Part shown: positions 60,658 to 64,000 of the stretch, in pieces
How the letters are laid out: each line of letters opens with the position of its first letter
How positions within the stretch are numbered: the stretch's first letter is position 1
Assembly: GCA_963665815.1 (NCBI GenBank)
Contig: OY762463.1
Coordinates: 1,664,001-1,728,000, forward strand
From: Candidatus Cloacimonadales bacterium
GTDB lineage: Bacteria; Cloacimonadota; Cloacimonadia; Cloacimonadales; JAIOQZ01
Direction of reading: 5' to 3'
Length of the DNA stretch: 64,000 nucleotides
Translations under genes and position numbers: made by a program
The notes under the pieces: generated by a model
Told to the model about the DNA's origin: nothing
Seen by the model: only the letters and a program-made list of their open reading frames with translations
The model's database searches: none

Positions 60658-61965
60658 TCAGGAATAATTATCGATTTTACTCTGTCGGAGAATTACAGAC
60701 CAGATTTTCTCTACAGTTTCAGTACTTATATTCAGCTTTTCAGCATAAGCGGAAAGCTGTTTTTTTATTGCATCTTCTCTTGCAGAATCAAGCTTTTCTC
60801 TGTTACTCCTTTTCTTCAATTCTGCAACTTGTTTAACAAGCTGATTTCTTCTATAAACAGATAATAGAATATCCTCATCAACCTTATCAATTGCTTCCCT
60901 CAGAAAATCGATACTAACTGAATCAGTATCGGATAGCTTCTCGTAAGAAATGCAGTCTGCGAGTACTAACTTCACCATGGCATTGATCACTGGTAAAATT
61001 CGTGGAACAAGACAAACATCGTGCCTGCCGTCGATCTCTATTGTACGGTTTGTACCGGATTTATCCATGGTCTTTTGCTGTTTACCTATTGACGGAACAG
61101 GCTTGATTGCAACTCTCATTGTAACAATCTCTCCGGTTGAAACACCTCCCAGTACTCCACCGCAATTATTGGACAGAAACTTCCCGTTATTCATATTATC
61201 ATTAGCCTGACTGCCAGACATACCTGCCAGAGCAAATCCTGCCCCGAATTCTATTCCTTTTATTCCACCAATAGACATCAATGCTTCAGACAACTTTGCA
61301 TCAAGTTTTTTAAACACGGGATCACCTAATCCTGCAGGCATATTTTTTACATTAATCTGCACTACAGCCCCAATTGAATCATTTTTTTTCTTTGTATTTT
61401 CCAGCAAATCTATAACATCCGAGTAATTGCTATTGTCTCGCCACTTCAGTTTATTATCAGCGGGATTATTATTACAATCAGAAACAATAGAGCCAATCTG
61501 CACAGGATAGCTCTCTACTGAAATATCTCCCAGCATATCCTCAACAAGACCGGATGCTGCAACTCTGGCAATAGTTTCTCTACCTGAAGCTCTACCCCCT
61601 CCCCTGTAATCAATAATCTTGAATTTTCTGAACCAGGAATAATCTGCATGACCGGGACGAAATATATCTTTCAGTATAGAATAATCCGATGATCTATGAT
61701 CCCTGTTTTCTACAATCAGACAAATTGGCATACCAGTTGTTTTGCCTTCAAAAACTCCTGAGAGTATTTTTATTTTATCAGCTTCGTTTCGTTTTGTTGA
61801 GAATTCACCCTGACCTGGTCTTCTTTCGTTAAGAAGTTCTTGTATTCTATCTAAAGGAAAATCTATTCCTGATCTTACATCTTCCAGTAATACTCCCATG
61901 ACAGGTCCGTGGCTTTCACCAAAGCCTGTAATTCCAATTATTGATTGCCAGTGATTACCACGCAT
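60658..61965 (-). CDS. aroC: Chorismate synthase fused to a C-terminal AroQ chorismate mutase domain
   Basis: FGESHG, RPGHAD, GGGRASGRET, KPVPSI, GRHD.C; then LREAIDKVDEDIL....RR......A.LK...D..RE. Confidence 0.92.
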   Translation of the reverse strand: MRGNHWQSIIGITGFGESHGPVMGVLLEDVRSGIDFPLDRIQELLNERRPGQGEFSTKRNEADKIKILSGVFEGKTTGMPICLIVENRDHRSSDYSILKDIFRPGHADYSWFRKFKIIDYRGGGRASGRETIARVAASGLVEDMLGDISVESYPVQIGSIVSDCNNNPADNKLKWRDNSNYSDVIDLLENTKKKNDSIGAVVQINVKNMPAGLGDPVFKKLDAKLSEALMSIGGIKGIEFGAGFALAGMSGSQANDNMNNGKFLSNNCGGVLGGVSTGEIVTMRVAIKPVPSIGKQQKTMDKSGTNRTIEIDGRHDVCLVPRILPVINAMVKLVLADCISYEKLSDTDSVSIDFLREAIDKVDEDILLSVYRRNQLVKQVAELKKRSNREKLDSAREDAIKKQLSAYAEKLNISTETVEKIWSVILRQSKIDNYS

Positions 61966-62050
61966 TTGATCTCCATAGTACATATTTGTGTACAATATTA
62001 CTTACATGTGAAAAACTGTCACCTGACTTTTTATTAAATTGGAAAATATC

Positions 62051-62737
62051 ATGGAATATTCAAGCAGACTGGAAAAAAAACTTGTTGAATTGATGCAAAG
62101 CGCGAATTCCCGCTGGGGAATGTTTACCGGAGATGAAAAACTGTTAGTATGCCTTTCAGGTGGAAAGGACAGCTCTGCCCTTTATCATCTGTTACAAATC
62201 ATTCATCCCAAAACACTAGCAGCTCATGTGTACTTTGATCAATCAAAAGCTGAAGAGGTCAGATATATTTTCGGTAACGATGTCGAACTGATTCAAGCTG
62301 ACCCTGCTGTAAAAAAGGGCAAGAATCCATGTTTCAGCTGTTCACGTAACAGACGAAAACTTCTTCTTGAGTATGCACAATCACAGTCTGTCAATAAGCT
62401 GGTAATGGGACATCATAAATCTGATGCAGTAGAAACAATAGTGATGAATATGATTTACTCCCGAGAGATAAGCACAATGACTCCTGTTCAATCTCTTTTT
62501 GAAGGAGAATACTCCATAATTCGCCCTATGTATCTTATTGAAGAGAAACTTATTGAGAAATATTGTTTGGAAAAAAATATTCCGACAATTGATTCCGGTT
62601 GTGAATTTGATAAAAAAACAAAAAGAGAATTCACAAAAAATCTTATTAAAAGCTTGCAGAAAGAACACCCGAAAATTGATATTGAAGATAATATCTTTGC
62701 TTCAATGCATAATATAAAACATGACTTTCTTCCTTAA
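62051..62737 (+). CDS. tRNA 2-thiocytidine biosynthesis TtcA-like PP-loop ATPase
   Basis: LSGGKDS, CFSCSR.RR, GHH.SD..ET..MN, IIRPM. Confidence 0.82.
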   Translation: MEYSSRLEKKLVELMQSANSRWGMFTGDEKLLVCLSGGKDSSALYHLLQIIHPKTLAAHVYFDQSKAEEVRYIFGNDVELIQADPAVKKGKNPCFSCSRNRRKLLLEYAQSQSVNKLVMGHHKSDAVETIVMNMIYSREISTMTPVQSLFEGEYSIIRPMYLIEEKLIEKYCLEKNIPTIDSGCEFDKKTKREFTKNLIKSLQKEHPKIDIEDNIFASMHNIKHDFLP

Positions 62738-62746
62738 GGAGTATAA

Positions 62747-63655
62747 ATGAGATCATTACGAGTATTTGTGTACATTGCTTTTGCGTTAATATCAGTATTT
62801 CTGATATATATTAATTTTAATCCTGCACTTACAGTATTTAACGGATTTCGTCTATTCTTTGCTGTTGCATTACTTACTGCAACGGGATTTGCCATTTTTG
62901 TTGAAATAAGAGATAAAAAAATACCTTTTTATTTCTTCATCATTGGGTTTTTGCTTTTGAGTGGTGCAATATTCTCAGGAAAATTTCAAACAATCATGTA
63001 TGAGCTGCAGGAAAACAAGAGAATTGAGGCAGCGGAGAAAGAACAAGCTATTCAGGACAGTCTTCTTAAAGCATATAAAGAGAAACACAAACGAAAACCG
63101 GAACCTTTTTACCATTATTATAAAAAGGATGAAATTTGCGAATTGAATCTCAGAGAACTGCAAAATATTGGTAATATAGAGCTAAGAGCTAATCTTCCCC
63201 ATGCCCGAAAATCCAAAAGAAAAATGACTGCTGAGAACCTTGGTACTGACAGATTCAGGGTCATTGGTCAAATGCAGACCGTTCATCGATTCCTCAAAAA
63301 TGATAATGATGCAATTCTGAAAATGTTGAAACCATACTCAGAACCGTTTAATCAGATTTCTACCGGATTCATGCTGAAATTTAAGGACAGCAAGACTGTT
63401 GAAAGCCTGAAGCTTAATGTTTTCTATGAAGTTACGGGAAGGTTAAAGATATCACCATTATTCAAAAAATACGAAACTATAGATGAGTTTAAAAAGAAAG
63501 AACAGACTTTTGGAGTTTATCTTGAAGTTGAATCTTACAGAGAAGTCAATCCTCCTGAAGAGCTTCTGTTAAAGAAAATGAGCAATGTCCCACCGTTCAA
63601 TCCTGTAATTCCAATGTCTGATTCCTTGATGGAGGCAATTAAAAATGCACAATAA
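62747..63655 (+). CDS. Hypothetical membrane protein (3 N-terminal TM helices)
   Basis: 302-aa ORF with AAGGAG RBS; hydrophobic N-terminus. Confidence 0.65.
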   Translation: MRSLRVFVYIAFALISVFLIYINFNPALTVFNGFRLFFAVALLTATGFAIFVEIRDKKIPFYFFIIGFLLLSGAIFSGKFQTIMYELQENKRIEAAEKEQAIQDSLLKAYKEKHKRKPEPFYHYYKKDEICELNLRELQNIGNIELRANLPHARKSKRKMTAENLGTDRFRVIGQMQTVHRFLKNDNDAILKMLKPYSEPFNQISTGFMLKFKDSKTVESLKLNVFYEVTGRLKISPLFKKYETIDEFKKKEQTFGVYLEVESYREVNPPEELLLKKMSNVPPFNPVIPMSDSLMEAIKNAQ

Positions 63656-64000
63656 TATGAGAAGTTTCGGTAGTGACAACCATTCCGGTGTTCATCCGGC
63701 AATTATAAACGCGATCAGCAATGCCAATATCAATCACTGTATTGCCTATGGTGATGATCCCTGGACAGAAAATGCTATAAGCAGATTCAAAGAATTTTTC
63801 GGTGATAATATTCATGTATTCTTCGTATTCAATGGTACCGCTGCCAATGTGCTTTCTATTAACACTATGCTCAAACCTTTTCACTCTGTTATCTCAGCCA
63901 CGACATCGCACATCCATAAAGATGAATGTGGTGCTCTGGAAAAAGTTGCCGGCAATAAGATGCAGCTTATCCCAACAGAACATGGGAAACTATCCGTAGA
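63645..64000 (+). CDS. Low-specificity L-threonine aldolase (partial, runs off the right edge)
   Basis: Not in the ORF track. Manual translation: MHNNMRSFGSDNHSGVHP..AYGDDPWT..FVFNGTAANVL..HI..DECGA; GGAGG upstream; alternative start 63657. Confidence 0.9.
   Translation, partial: MHNNMRSFGSDNHSGVHPAIINAISNANINHCIAYGDDPWTENAISRFKEFFGDNIHVFFVFNGTAANVLSINTMLKPFHSVISATTSHIHKDECGALEKVAGNKMQLIPTEHGKLSV

Noticed and set aside
63639-63999. Track ORFs 63639-63884 (-) and 63802-63999 (+)
   Set aside because: These are shadow frames of the partial threonine aldolase starting at 63645.
1-64000. Numerous short antisense or alternate-frame ORFs inside long genes; rRNA, tRNA, prophage, integrase or transposase genes
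   Set aside because: The short ORFs are fully nested in well-supported CDSs and lack motifs. No recognisable signature of the other features was found by eye.

Overview
AT-rich bacterial chromosomal segment from a diderm anaerobe-like organism. The gene set suggests Cloacimonadota/FCB-like affinity, but that is inference only. Most of the window is housekeeping or metabolic: gcvPA/gcvPB, folC, split class I fumarase, mfd, mutL, thiD, nadB, rimI, mltD-like, rfbB, an aroC-chorismate mutase fusion, ttcA-like and threonine aldolase. Accessory loci of note: (1) at the left edge, a putative RiPP cluster made of a 72-aa Cys/Ser/Thr-rich precursor, a beta-propeller lipoprotein, a radical SAM/SPASM maturase and an ABC exporter; (2) a six-gene operon with a bacterial dynamin-like GTPase, a tail-anchored partner, an unknown protein, an HDOD protein and a GGDEF cyclase; (3) a sugar ABC system whose MalG-type permease carries about six GH42-like helical repeats and whose MalF-type permease is fused to the binding protein; (4) a divergent TPR-HisKA-only / TPR hybrid kinase pair. 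Non-coding signals: a MITE family with IS5-like ends, REP-like elements, a 104-bp tandem repeat, two Pho-box arrays, a candidate sRNA, and an 11-bp duplication that frameshifts a lipoprotein signal peptide. No rRNA, tRNA, CRISPR array or transposase was seen. All family assignments come from motif recognition, not database searches.
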